From: a virus | Lineage: Duplodnaviria; Caudoviricetes | Length of the DNA stretch: 58,466 bases | Virus record (IMG/VR): IMGVR_UViG_3300018914_000069 | Span: 1 to 58,466 of that record | Strand: one strand, 5' to 3' | Part shown: positions 38,906-49,077 of the stretch, in pieces | Position numbering within the stretch: the first letter of the stretch is position 1 | Layout of the letters: the number at the start of each line of letters is the position of its first letter | Translations under genes and position numbers: made by a program | The notes under the pieces: model-generated | What the model was told of the DNA's origin: nothing | Seen by the model: only the letters and a program-made list of their open reading frames with translations | Database searches by the model: none

Positions 38906-41077
38906 TTGAGTAATGAAGTGATTGAGATTGAATTAACACCAGTAAAAGAAGTGTCGTACAAAGAGAATACTAACTGGGGACTGTATGCCTGTGACACTCC
39001 AGATTTTGAGCGTGTTGAGTACAACCGTCACGGCAACATAAGCGTTTCTGGGATTATGCCCCGACTCGTAATTAACGGAAATTACAAAGCACACCTAATT
39101 AAAACGATTCACCCGCGTTATGGGGTGGGATACCAAGTTAAATGGATTGAGCAAATCTTACCTTCATCTGTCGCAGAGCAGCGAGCCTACCTAAAGTCCA
39201 TTCTCACCCCGTTACAAGTTGAAGCCATTTATGAAGCTTACCCAAATGAAGATGTAATTCAATTATTCAAAGATAATACATTTGACTTTAAACGAGTCAA
39301 AGGCATAGGGGAAATTACCTACAAGAATATCCGTGAAAAGGTACTTGAAAATCTCAATGTGCAAGCTGCACTATCTAAATTGAGCCGATATAATATCACA
39401 TACAACATGATATTGAAGCTAATCCGACAATACGGCTCATCGGAATTAGCCATCCAGAAGGTTGAAAGCAATCCATATTGCCTTGCTACAGACATCTCTG
39501 GAGTTGGATTCCTTAAAGCGGACTCTATTGCTCATAGCATGAATTTCGATCCGCAGAGTTCGTTTAGAATACGAGCTGCTATCGAATATGTCATTGAACA
39601 AGAACAGTTTAACGGGCATACATACATATCTGCAAAACAACTGACCGAAATGACTCAGGATTTATTGCAACTTCCTGCTGACTTAATTACTGAGCAAATA
39701 AATGTCCATGAAAACATTGTTCGTATTGATGACAAGATTGCCCTTAAGAGGACTTATGAAGCGGAAAAATACATAAGCGTTAAACTGAAGGAAATGTTGG
39801 AGAACTCGACCCAATTGGGGTTCGATCCTGATGAGTTCATTCAAGAACAAGAAGAATTATTAAATATAAAATTAACAGAACAACAAAAAGGATTCATTTA
39901 CAATATCAAAAAGAGTAATGTTAACCTTCTTATTGGGTATGCGGGTACGGGCAAGTCGCAAATGCAGAAGCTATTGATTAACTTACTGAAGAAATTAGGC
40001 ATCACTTACCGTTATTTGTCACCCACTGGAAAAGCTGCTAAGATTCTTACCAATTACATTGGTGAAGAAGCAACAACAATTCACCGAGCGATTGGCTTTG
40101 ACTTAAAGGGTATTATTCCAGAGCAATTTGTAATCGTGGATGAATCAAGTATGTTAGGTGTCCTACTGGCAAGTCGATTACTAAAAAACTGTACTCATCC
40201 AAGATTGCGTATTTTATTTGTGGGTGATCCGTTCCAGTTGCCGTCAGTTGAAGCTGGCTGCTTACTCCATGATTTGATTAGTAGTGGGATCTTCCCTGTA
40301 ACAGAATTGAACCATGTATTCCGTCAGGAAGAGGGTGGTATTCTCGATGTTGCAACAAAGATAAGACAGGGCACTCCCTTTATTGAAAGTGACTTTAGCG
40401 GTGGGCAGATGTTTGGCAAAGATTTGCAGTTTTACTCAGTTGAGCAAGAAAAAATGATTGGTGGATATAAGTACGGATTTAATAAGTTACTAGAGAATTA
40501 TGAAGCAGACGATATTATGGTGCTTTCACCGACTAAAAAGGGTAATTTGGGTACGATCTCAATAAACACAGTCATTCAGGATATTGTAAATCCTAAGAGT
40601 GATGACAAAGTTGAATATGAATATGGAACAGGCGTGTTTTATCGCGTTGGTGACTCCATTATCAACACGAAAAATCTATATGAAGTTAATACAATCGATG
40701 GAGAAAAAACGAATGTAGTTAATGGCGATATGGGTAAAATTATTGAGATTGACCTACATAACAAGAAGATGATCATTGACTATGGTTTCGCAAAAGTTCC
40801 TGTAAGTTTTAGTGATCTGGATACAATCTTACATTCATATTGCATCACGATACATAAAAGTCAGGGTTCGGCTGCGAAAGCTGTGATTGTTTTGTTTGAT
40901 AAGTCGCATACATATCAACTTAATGCAAACTTGATTTATACAGCTATTACTCGTGCAAAGGAATATGTATTTATGCTATGTCAGGCCAATGTTATCAATC
41001 GAGCGATAAAAAAGGTGGAGAATTTACAACGGAATACATTTCTTAAGGATTTACTGATTGAAGATGGCGATAAATAA
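38906..41077 (+). CDS. recD2: RecD2/TraA-family SF1B helicase
   Basis: HhH VKGIG, GYAGTGKS, SPTGKAA, VDESSM, GDPFQLPSV, NGDMG, TIHKSQGS, YTAITRAK. Confidence 0.95.
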   Translation: MSNEVIEIELTPVKEVSYKENTNWGLYACDTPDFERVEYNRHGNISVSGIMPRLVINGNYKAHLIKTIHPRYGVGYQVKWIEQILPSSVAEQRAYLKSILTPLQVEAIYEAYPNEDVIQLFKDNTFDFKRVKGIGEITYKNIREKVLENLNVQAALSKLSRYNITYNMILKLIRQYGSSELAIQKVESNPYCLATDISGVGFLKADSIAHSMNFDPQSSFRIRAAIEYVIEQEQFNGHTYISAKQLTEMTQDLLQLPADLITEQINVHENIVRIDDKIALKRTYEAEKYISVKLKEMLENSTQLGFDPDEFIQEQEELLNIKLTEQQKGFIYNIKKSNVNLLIGYAGTGKSQMQKLLINLLKKLGITYRYLSPTGKAAKILTNYIGEEATTIHRAIGFDLKGIIPEQFVIVDESSMLGVLLASRLLKNCTHPRLRILFVGDPFQLPSVEAGCLLHDLISSGIFPVTELNHVFRQEEGGILDVATKIRQGTPFIESDFSGGQMFGKDLQFYSVEQEKMIGGYKYGFNKLLENYEADDIMVLSPTKKGNLGTISINTVIQDIVNPKSDDKVEYEYGTGVFYRVGDSIINTKNLYEVNTIDGEKTNVVNGDMGKIIEIDLHNKKMIIDYGFAKVPVSFSDLDTILHSYCITIHKSQGSAAKAVIVLFDKSHTYQLNANLIYTAITRAKEYVFMLCQANVINRAIKKVENLQRNTFLKDLLIEDGDK

Positions 41078-41139
41078 ACTTCTTGGGTGAAGGGATCAGT
41101 CATTCTCTTTGCCCGAACCTTTACTTTTGGAGTGATGAC

Positions 41140-41433
41140 ATGAAACGTGATTTCTATATATACAATCCAGCACAAGCTAATTTCTTTTTACAAAAAGGAT
41201 TGGTGCCTGTTGAGATTGGAAAATTAAAGGGAAGTGTGTATATAAAGTTTCTTCGAAATGTAAAAAGTGAAGAGGTTTTTGGAGAGTGGTGTAATCAGAA
41301 TAAAAGTAAAACACTACCCGAATCGGGTAGTAAATTTTTAAAAACGGTACCCGAAAAGGGTAGTGAATTTATGAATAATAAAAAATCGCTACCCGATTCG
41401 GGTTCAAAATTGGACAACATAATAATTAAATAA
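41140..41433 (+). CDS. DUF5659-like small protein with a repeat-encoded C-terminal tail
   Basis: FYIYNPAQANFF..KG; ATG at 41140 after GGAGTGA. Confidence 0.55.
   Translation: MKRDFYIYNPAQANFFLQKGLVPVEIGKLKGSVYIKFLRNVKSEEVFGEWCNQNKSKTLPESGSKFLKTVPEKGSEFMNNKKSLPDSGSKLDNIIIK
41313..41411. repeat. Three palindromic TACCCGA-n-TCGGGTA-like repeats followed by an AT-rich tract
   Basis: ACTACCCGAATCGGGTAGT, TACCCGAAAAGGGTAGT and CTACCCGATTCGGGTT. Confidence 0.75.
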
Positions 41434-41520
41434 TTAATATCAAATAAAAATAGTATAATTAATGACCATATCTTTATTGTCGCGCACGAATGCGCTCCAT
41501 ATGAAAATCTATTTGAAGGG

Positions 41521-42261
41521 ATGTGTACCATGCCAGAATTCAATACTGGATCTGATAACTATCATGAAGGGAATTTTCTTTTACTTTACAATAAATACTA
41601 CACTGAAGATGATCCTCAGCAATTAACACCTAAAGAATTATATACGCTGCTTATCTTGAAGGAATATTCCTCAAAGTTGACTGGGAAAGTTGTCACTACA
41701 TACAATCTAATGGGACATTTGTTACCTTTCACTAATCTATCTGAAAAGAAAAAGAATGCAGCTATCGCTAAATCTTTAATGCAATCCCTTAGAGCGAAAG
41801 GTGTTATTGAATATGATGAACCGAAAGATGCGAATGATCCAGTTATAGTTGACATTGAGAGTGTGAAATATGTACAAAATGATTCTCGAACAAGTTTTCA
41901 ACCGATACCTGATTTTATTTTGAAACGCACAATTGATCCTGATGAATTATATGTATTGATTGTTGTACATAATATTGCCAAGATGTGTGATAAGGGTGAG
42001 TACTCAAAGCCTTATTTCCGTAACAAAAAGAACTGGGGAACATTATTATCCAAAGGAGATTCTACGGCAGAAAAGATTGTAAACCGAATGTGTGAGAAAA
42101 AAATATTATATTACTATGAAAATGATACACACTATGACCGAGAGAAGAATAAATTTGAGCAGCGCCAAGGAAAATATTATTTATTCCCACAGGAACATGA
42201 AGAAGAACGGATAGCTAAAAGGGATATGGAAAGGGAAACTAGAAGAGAGATTAAGAGGTGA
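41521..42261 (+). CDS. Putative winged-helix replication initiator-like protein
   Basis: Two predicted wHTH-like units (LTPKELYTLLIL...SLRAKGVI; ELYVLIVV...RMCEKKIL); next to the helicase and the repeats. Confidence 0.4.
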   Translation: MCTMPEFNTGSDNYHEGNFLLLYNKYYTEDDPQQLTPKELYTLLILKEYSSKLTGKVVTTYNLMGHLLPFTNLSEKKKNAAIAKSLMQSLRAKGVIEYDEPKDANDPVIVDIESVKYVQNDSRTSFQPIPDFILKRTIDPDELYVLIVVHNIAKMCDKGEYSKPYFRNKKNWGTLLSKGDSTAEKIVNRMCEKKILYYYENDTHYDREKNKFEQRQGKYYLFPQEHEEERIAKRDMERETRREIKR

Positions 42262-42280
42262 ATTTATCACCTCTTTTTTT
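42252..42280 (+). terminator. Intrinsic terminator
   Basis: AAGAGGTGA/TCACCTCTT stem followed by a T-run. Confidence 0.75.
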
Positions 42281-42540
42281 AATTTGATTTGGTGACGATA
42301 TAGACGTGTATCGTAAAAGTATAGGTGTGATATGGGATTAAGTCGATTTTAGGTGTAAAATATGCCCCCTGCTTGGTTATGGTGTGGGGATGAGAAAATA
42401 AAGTAAACAAAAAATATAATGTATTGACTTATTAATAGAGATTATGGTACATTAAACTAATGGAGGTGATGGATAAGATATTTTTATTTAATAAATTTGT
42501 ACAGTAGGTTTTTGTGTTTTTGTAAAAAGGGAGAGGTTGT

Positions 42541-43512
42541 ATGATTGAGCAGAAACAAATACAGATAGCTGGCATTACCATTCCAGTAATAATTGAAGAT
42601 GGTATTAGATGGTTTCCGATGAAGAGATTATGTCGAGATATTTTATTGAGAGGAAGTTTATGTAGCGAAAAGGAAATTAAAAATAAATATCATAAGTACA
42701 TACGACCTTTCGATATTAAATACACGGCTAATCAACCTGTTAAAAGCACAATTTGTATTTGTGAAAATGGATTAATTGAAATATTAGTTAAAACTAAAAT
42801 AAACAAACTGACAATAGAAGAGATAAAAAATCAAAATGTTTTACATACATTCTTGGGGATTTTACCAATACATATTACTGAAAAAGATAAGAAACAACTC
42901 AAAAAGCAAAGAAAGAAATCGATAAAATGGAGTAAGCATAAAATTAAACAATATATAAGAAAAAGATATGACAATGGATTAAGTTTATCTAGTGCAAGTG
43001 TTCAGGGTGAATTTAGACAGTTACATGAAGCAGCTATCAAATACTATGGTTCTTGGGAGCAAACTATCAATGCAATCTTGAATATTGATTATGATGAGAT
43101 CCGCGAGGACATTGACTTAATGAAATATTACGGGTTAAAATTTGAAAAATTATTAGGAGATATTATTAAAGAAGTTAGCGGAGATTTTGTTAAAGGATAC
43201 AATCAATATCTGAAACCTGACTTTGTGATAGGATCAACTTGGATAGATGCAAAACTATCGCACTGGACAGCCAGTATTCCTGAAACAATAGAGAAATATG
43301 AGCCATTTTGCGATTATCTAATGATAATTTTCTTAAGAGGCAATAGAACTTTAGATAAAATGGTCACTAATAAAACAAGAATACTAAGTGTTTATACCTA
43401 CATAAAATTATTGTCGGAAGAAAGACAAGAATATTTTATTAAATTATTGGATGAATTGTATGAAAGAATAAATGAGCAAGAGAAGACAATTAAATTAGCT
43501 GAAATTGTTTAG
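42541..43512 (+). CDS. Antirepressor-like N-domain fused to a PD-(D/E)XK nuclease
   Basis: IPVIIEDGIRWFPMKRLC; WS..I...AAIKYYGSW homing-endonuclease-type repeat; KPDF...WIDAK. Confidence 0.55.
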   Translation: MIEQKQIQIAGITIPVIIEDGIRWFPMKRLCRDILLRGSLCSEKEIKNKYHKYIRPFDIKYTANQPVKSTICICENGLIEILVKTKINKLTIEEIKNQNVLHTFLGILPIHITEKDKKQLKKQRKKSIKWSKHKIKQYIRKRYDNGLSLSSASVQGEFRQLHEAAIKYYGSWEQTINAILNIDYDEIREDIDLMKYYGLKFEKLLGDIIKEVSGDFVKGYNQYLKPDFVIGSTWIDAKLSHWTASIPETIEKYEPFCDYLMIIFLRGNRTLDKMVTNKTRILSVYTYIKLLSEERQEYFIKLLDELYERINEQEKTIKLAEIV

Positions 43513-43822
43513 TGTGAAAATGTATCGTGTGCGATTTATACTCATCGTGCAGCGATACATTTTTTGTTGTTAATTGGATAAAATCTATATTTATCAATGA
43601 ATTTCTAACTCCACCAGTTGCAAAAAGCCATATAAAATCGTAAAAACTGAGTAATGGTGTGGTTTCTTGAATGTTTATCGATCATTAATTGAGAAATTGA
43701 ACAAAATTTCAAATTGTAAACTCTTTGATTTTGCTGACTTTTTACGATGCGCATACGATGCGAAAATGTAAAAGTGTGTACTCCAACTGGACGGTAAGAG
43801 TGGATGTGCTAGGCCAATATTC

Positions 43823-43836
43823 CGAACAAATGTTCT
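43823..43836. promoter_or_regulatory. LexA (SOS) box
   Basis: CGAACAAATGTTCT matches the Firmicute GAAC-N4-GTTC consensus. Confidence 0.55.
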
Positions 43837-44255
43837 TATTATGGATGTAAAATAGCCCCCTACCTTGATAATCAAGGCATCTAAAAGCCGTTGATAAGAT
43901 TAGTTATCTTCACTTTACCTTTATCATCTATATTATTTTAGTTATTGGGCACACTATGAGCAGCAGAGTAGAGGACATAACTGCATGATCCAATCCATTT
44001 TCTAAAAGTGGAAGGGAGGCTATCTGCTCAAGCTGCTACCATATATTCGTCACATCGTTTGGGTAACATGTTCGCAGGATTGCAACTCTTCTAATTAGTA
44101 CCACATCCTAATACTAAACATAAACCATATGCAATCAGATATTAGTACCAGATAATAGAAGAACAATTGACCATATATTAAATAAAAATAACTTGTAATA
44201 ACTCATACACCATGTTACAATATATTTAAGCCAATAATAAAGGAGCGGATACATA

Positions 44256-45293
44256 ATGAAAAAGTACTCTTACATCCAAATCGAACAAGATGAGCGTAAA
44301 CCTTACCAAATCAACATTACCGCACAAGTTGAGGAAAACGGTTATTTCTATAGCGACACCATTGGGCGTTTCTGCTTCTACGATGGAGAAGGATCTATTA
44401 CACTAGAAGACGGTACACGCAAAAAATACAAACGTTTTTCCGCTATGCTTAACTTAGTTTACAATATTGATCCAATGGCAAGCATGACAACAAACCTGAT
44501 TGAACAAGTCAAAGAAGAAGTCAAAAAAATAAAGGATACTCAACAAACAGATGCAACTGAACTAACCACAGAACAACAAGAAACAAAAAATAATGAAACG
44601 ACAGAAACCGTCTATACCTCATTCAATCGCTCATTCCCAACTTATGAAGAGGCACATAACTACTGCATTAATTCAGACTTTGACCCATCCCATATTGAAC
44701 AGGTGGAGGTTTCCAATTCTTCACCTATCGAACAACAGCATAATGTAGTAATCGAACAACCAGAAAAACTCTATCTTTACAATCAAACATTCGATACATA
44801 TATGGACGCTTACAATTATGCAATTAAGAACAATATTACAGTATCCATGATTATCTCCAGTAAGGCTAGTATAACGAATGAACGTTTGCAACAATTAGAA
44901 CAAGAATACATTCATAATAAATACAACATGACTTACTTAGATATGGTGGAATACCTTAATCATTTACAGTCTATTCCATTGACTAGGGACTCAGACGACC
45001 GTATTTACAAACTAAAAAATATGATTGAACGTTTTGAACGCAAACAACAGCGAGTAGAACAGGAACGGCAACGACAACAACAGATGAATAAGAAAATAGA
45101 CGCAATGCTACAAGACATGTATTCAAAAGGGATGACCAAACGGGAAATAGGAAGTACAATAACAGAATACCAGTATAACAATCAACCTATATATAAATGG
45201 TATAGCGGTATAACAACGGAACAGATGTATGACGAACTATTAGAGGTTTATAACAGACACTTCATTAATAAAAATATAACGGAGGCCAGTTAA
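44256..45293 (+). CDS. Early hypothetical protein with an internal repeat
   Basis: Promoter TTGTAA...TACAAT and RBS AGGAG; repeated F.TY..A.NY.I motif. Confidence 0.6.
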   Translation: MKKYSYIQIEQDERKPYQINITAQVEENGYFYSDTIGRFCFYDGEGSITLEDGTRKKYKRFSAMLNLVYNIDPMASMTTNLIEQVKEEVKKIKDTQQTDATELTTEQQETKNNETTETVYTSFNRSFPTYEEAHNYCINSDFDPSHIEQVEVSNSSPIEQQHNVVIEQPEKLYLYNQTFDTYMDAYNYAIKNNITVSMIISSKASITNERLQQLEQEYIHNKYNMTYLDMVEYLNHLQSIPLTRDSDDRIYKLKNMIERFERKQQRVEQERQRQQQMNKKIDAMLQDMYSKGMTKREIGSTITEYQYNNQPIYKWYSGITTEQMYDELLEVYNRHFINKNITEAS

Positions 45294-45372
45294 ACACTGG
45301 TTTCCGTTATAACAGCAGCATATTATGATAACAAACTGATAACAGTCATATGATCCAATAACAGAATAACAG
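45159..45372 (+). repeat. ATAACAG repeat cluster 1
   Basis: Exact copies at 45159, 45250, 45309, 45339, 45358 and 45366, plus four near-copies. Confidence 0.8.
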
Positions 45373-45461
45373 CAGCCATTCATACATTCGAGTAATAATT
45401 ATAGAATGGGCTGAATAAGTCTTTTTCATTTCTTCCCCAAGCCTCCTTAATTACTCACACA

Positions 45462-45483
45462 TTATCCACAATATTTATCCACA
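45462..45483 (+). promoter_or_regulatory. Two perfect tandem DnaA boxes
   Basis: TTATCCACA at 45462-45470 and 45475-45483, followed by an AT-rich tract. Confidence 0.7.
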
Positions 45484-45582
45484 CCATGTTTATAAAAAAA
45501 TCATAATAAATAAAAATAATTTGTATACATACACACAATTCCGTGTTATACTTATAATAGATAAAGCGAGAGGGGAAATCTT

Positions 45583-45813
45583 ATGGAAGACTTTTGGAAA
45601 TGGTTAGCCACAATATTAGCAGGAGTTACGGCACTTATAGTCTCGATACTCAACGGAACAAAATTCAAACAAGAACGTCGAAAACTCCGATTAGAGAACA
45701 TCAAACTGGAAAGAGAGATAAAACTAATGAATAGGAAATCAAAACTAGAAATGGAGAAACTAGAACAGGAAATAATCAAACTAAAAAGGGAAAACGCAAA
45801 AGAAAACGAATAG
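45583..45813 (+). CDS. Small membrane-anchored coiled-coil protein
   Basis: N-terminal TM, charged coiled coil, own promoter and terminator. Confidence 0.55.
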   Translation: MEDFWKWLATILAGVTALIVSILNGTKFKQERRKLRLENIKLEREIKLMNRKSKLEMEKLEQEIIKLKRENAKENE

Positions 45814-45894
45814 ATACGATTGATAATACATAATAAAAGGAGAGGGAAGAAATTCCCTCTCTAAACTACAATCCATAATAAAGCGGGTGATACC

Positions 45895-46053
45895 ATGAAA
45901 TTCATTCTATACGCATTGATCATATTAGGATTCACAATCCTATCCTTTGCATTTAATGAACCTTCAACTACAATGAAACTTGTCTATACACTAATCGGCC
46001 TGTTTGCAATCACTTCAGCAGCATACAATCTATATAAGTTGCGTCATAAATAA
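45895..46053 (+). CDS. Small two-TM protein (52 aa, not in the ORF track)
   Basis: GCGGGTGA RBS; MKFILYALIILGFTILSFAF... Confidence 0.55.
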   Translation: MKFILYALIILGFTILSFAFNEPSTTMKLVYTLIGLFAITSAAYNLYKLRHK

Positions 46054-46137
46054 TATGACTTCTCTTAAAGCTCATCTATATCAGGTGAGCTTACATATTA
46101 AATAAGTTAAAAATATAAAGGAGTAATCAATAATCAA

Positions 46138-46725
46138 ATGAATCTAGCCAATATCTCAGTAGGTCAGACCATCAAGAATTACAAGGAATTATGCGCATTA
46201 CTAGGAGTAGAACTGAAAACAGGCAAATCTAAACAACTTCAGTTGTCAGAGTTTGAATTGTATTTCAAGTATAAGAAAGCAGGACATAGTTTTATTATTG
46301 AAGATATTTATGAAATTCCAAAAGTCAAGCCTTATAAACGTGGCGGGGAAAATTTTATTCGTGGATCTAGTAGTCAAAGACTTTATAAAATATACACAGG
46401 AATGAAGGATCGTTGCTATAATTTAAATAATCAAGCCTACAATCATTATGGTGGTAGAGGTATAAAAATATGTGACGAATGGTTAGGAAATTTCATGAGT
46501 TTCTATACTTGGTCAATTCAAAACGGCTACAATGACACTTTGACAATTGACCGTATAGACGTAAATGGGAATTATGAACCATCAAATTGCAAATGGTCTA
46601 CAAGAAAAGAGCAAGCCACCAACAGAAGACCAAAGAGTATAAATAAAGCTAAATTAGAACAAATACGAAAAATTAAAGAAATTATGGGTAAATACGGAAT
46701 AACACTACATTATTTGTCTACATAG
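46138..46725 (+). CDS. HNH homing endonuclease
   Basis: MKDRCYN...YGGRGIKICDEW...LTIDRIDVNGNYEPSNCKW. Confidence 0.88.
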   Translation: MNLANISVGQTIKNYKELCALLGVELKTGKSKQLQLSEFELYFKYKKAGHSFIIEDIYEIPKVKPYKRGGENFIRGSSSQRLYKIYTGMKDRCYNLNNQAYNHYGGRGIKICDEWLGNFMSFYTWSIQNGYNDTLTIDRIDVNGNYEPSNCKWSTRKEQATNRRPKSINKAKLEQIRKIKEIMGKYGITLHYLST

Positions 46726-46852
46726 CATCCATCCACGACCAGATAAAATTCTGGTCTTTTTCTTTAAATAATATCTAAAAATAACTTGTAATCCGTTCTG
46801 CAATCGATTATAATAAAGATAAGAAAAAGATACATAAACGGGAGTGATTAAA

Positions 46853-47023
46853 ATGATCAACTTGCTTGAGAAATACCAAAAAGGGCAGGCAATCACACTT
46901 AAACGTATGCATGGTCAACAAAACATTTCGGCAACCATTCACCTAGTCATGGAGGATGCTTTAATAGTTCAGGTAAGCGGATATGAAGGCACTGCAAGCG
47001 TAACGGAAGATATGATTGCTTAG
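46853..47023 (+). CDS. Small early protein (56 aa)
   Basis: TTGTAA-17-TATAAT promoter and GGAGTGA RBS. Confidence 0.55.
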   Translation: MINLLEKYQKGQAITLKRMHGQQNISATIHLVMEDALIVQVSGYEGTASVTEDMIA

Positions 47024-47055
47024 ATATAAAAATAAAAATAATTGGAGTGATTATA

Positions 47056-47184
47056 ATGAAAACAGTTTTCTGCTATGTTTGTGATTGTGAAGTTAGTCAA
47101 ATGGATGCGATCATTGAAAGTGAAGAAATCCAATTTTGTAGCAATAAATGTGAAACTTTTTATGATAATAAAAAAGAGGAGTAA
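47056..47184 (+). CDS. Small TRASH/MYM-type zinc-finger protein (42 aa)
   Basis: CYVC...FCSNKC; RBS GGAGTGA. Confidence 0.55.
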   Translation: MKTVFCYVCDCEVSQMDAIIESEEIQFCSNKCETFYDNKKEE

Positions 47185-47261
47185 TCATGATAAAAGCGGT
47201 CTTTGATTAGCATTATCCTTTAGGATATAATAAAATTTATAAATGAGCGGAGGCGGTTACG

Positions 47262-47447
47262 GTGAAAGTTAGACAACAAAATGCGAATGGTGAATGGATT
47301 GAACATGAGGTAAAAATCTCTAATGATCTCGAAACAGAAAGACAAAAGTTAATCAGCGAAATAAACGCATTTAAAAAGGATGTAGCAAAGAAATATGGTA
47401 AGGATGGCTTAAGTAAAGTAAACAACGCATTGAAAGGCTCATTCTAA
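47262..47447 (+). CDS. Hypothetical early protein
   Basis: GGAGG RBS and downstream terminator. Confidence 0.55.
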   Translation: MKVRQQNANGEWIEHEVKISNDLETERQKLISEINAFKKDVAKKYGKDGLSKVNNALKGSF

Positions 47448-47544
47448 TATACGCAAAAAGCCAGTACAAAACTGGTTTTCTTTTTTCCTAATCAAATCGG
47501 CTTTATTAGAAGTAAATACATATGATGAAAAGGAGCGGGTCAAT

Positions 47545-47733
47545 GTGAATGAAATTAAATTTGTAGAGTTTTTAACTGACTTATTATACAATGATGAATC
47601 GGGAATCGTTCGTACAGTAGGCACTTATGAAGATTTCATGGTTATGACACACAACAATGGATTAGTCGTTAAACTTGGTGACGGATCAGAGTTCCAGCTA
47701 ACTGTTGTGCAAACTAAAGAAGCAAAGGAGTAG
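47545..47733 (+). CDS. Conserved small phage protein
   Basis: VMTHNNGLVVKLGDGSEFQLTVVQ motif; RBS and terminator. Confidence 0.6.
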   Translation: MNEIKFVEFLTDLLYNDESGIVRTVGTYEDFMVMTHNNGLVVKLGDGSEFQLTVVQTKEAKE

Positions 47734-47879
47734 ACCAGTCGAATGACTGGTCTTTTTGTTTTCCAGTCATTGCAGATTTATATAAATATATAAATAAAAA
47801 TAATAAAAACTAATTGACATTTATTTGTATCTCCTGTATAATAAAGATATAAAATAAATGATACGGAGATGATACATAA

Positions 47880-48089
47880 ATGGCAACTGAAAAACAAATC
47901 GCATACTTTGAAGCACTGGCGAAACAATGGGAGCAACGCAACGGATCGGCAAAATTTCAAGGAAGAAAACAAACTGAGCGGGCAACAGGTGGGATGATTC
48001 AATCAGTAAGGAGAGCAATTGAAGATGGAGAAATCAGTAAGACAGTAATCTCAATGGCAATCGATACACTGAAGAAAGAGCTTCAATAA
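47880..48089 (+). CDS. Hypothetical early protein
   Basis: Consensus TTGACA-17-TATAAT promoter at 47814-47842; starts MATEKQIAY. Confidence 0.6.
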   Translation: MATEKQIAYFEALAKQWEQRNGSAKFQGRKQTERATGGMIQSVRRAIEDGEISKTVISMAIDTLKKELQ

Positions 48090-48226
48090 GAGGCTCTTTC
48101 TTTTACTAATCAAATCGGTTTTTTATTGCAAGTTTAATAAACAAAAAAATATAATAAACATGTTGCAATAACTTGCTATATCCCTTATAATATAATCAAG
48201 AAGCAAATACATAGGAGGCGATTAGG

Positions 48227-48427
48227 ATGAAACAAATAAAGATTCTTTCCACAATTAGTTTATCCCTTACTGTTGACAAGGTATATGAAGTAATCAACGA
48301 GGATAGCTGGACGGATGAAGATCCAGAAGGCAATAAATATACAGTAAAATCTGTCAAAGTAATTGACGATGATGGAGACGAATACGCTATAGTGAACTTT
48401 GATGAAGCTGAATATGTATACGTTTAA
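48227..48427 (+). CDS. Small acidic early protein
   Basis: Own promoter, AGGAGG RBS and terminator. Confidence 0.6.
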   Translation: MKQIKILSTISLSLTVDKVYEVINEDSWTDEDPEGNKYTVKSVKVIDDDGDEYAIVNFDEAEYVYV

Positions 48428-48575
48428 GAAGCCAAAAAGTGGCTTCTTTTCATTTCTGAATCAAAGAATGTTTTAGTTCGATTTTTATAAACCAAAAATA
48501 AAACAATACTGTTGCTTAGTATAGTGAAATCCTATATACTGGAATTAAGGAACAAAAGCATAGGAGGCGGTTTGA

Positions 48576-48962
48576 ATGTCACAAATTTACATCCTGAAAA
48601 ATGGTTTCCCTGTCACGATCCCATACAGAAAGAATCTTGAAAAATCGGCGAATATGGGCAGCATGTTTGCTCAGGATATTGAGCCAACAGGCGACTATAT
48701 CAATTATCACGAAAAACAATGGGGCATTGACTTGCCTAATCATGTATACGGCACAATTACATTTTATAATCCGCTTGTTATTGAATGGGAAACGACTGGT
48801 CACGGGGGATGGAAAACAAAACTGTCTGAGCGTTTTGGAGGAAAAACCAAAAAGGCACTAACAAACGCAATTGTGAAAGCTGGATATGACGCAGTGATAA
48901 CTATAGACAGTAGTAGCGGCGAATTCATGGAAATAGTGAATATCAATGGAGTTAAATCATAA
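48576..48962 (+). CDS. Possible ART-PolyVal-like ADP-ribosyltransferase-fold protein
   Basis: TITFYNPLVI...AIVKAGYDAVI...EIV pattern; own promoter and terminator. Confidence 0.4.
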   Translation: MSQIYILKNGFPVTIPYRKNLEKSANMGSMFAQDIEPTGDYINYHEKQWGIDLPNHVYGTITFYNPLVIEWETTGHGGWKTKLSERFGGKTKKALTNAIVKAGYDAVITIDSSSGEFMEIVNINGVKS

Positions 48963-49077
48963 CCAGCAAATAGGCTGGTTTTTCATTTGACCAATATCCA
49001 TAAGTATAAAAATAAATTCAACCGTCAATAATTGACTAGTACATACTTCCCAGACTATACTATTTACATGCCATTTT

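Noticed and set aside
43940-44090. Possible structured RNA with GAGCAG...CTGCTC pairing
   Set aside because: Pairing is interrupted and no clear promoter or terminator was found; too weak to call.
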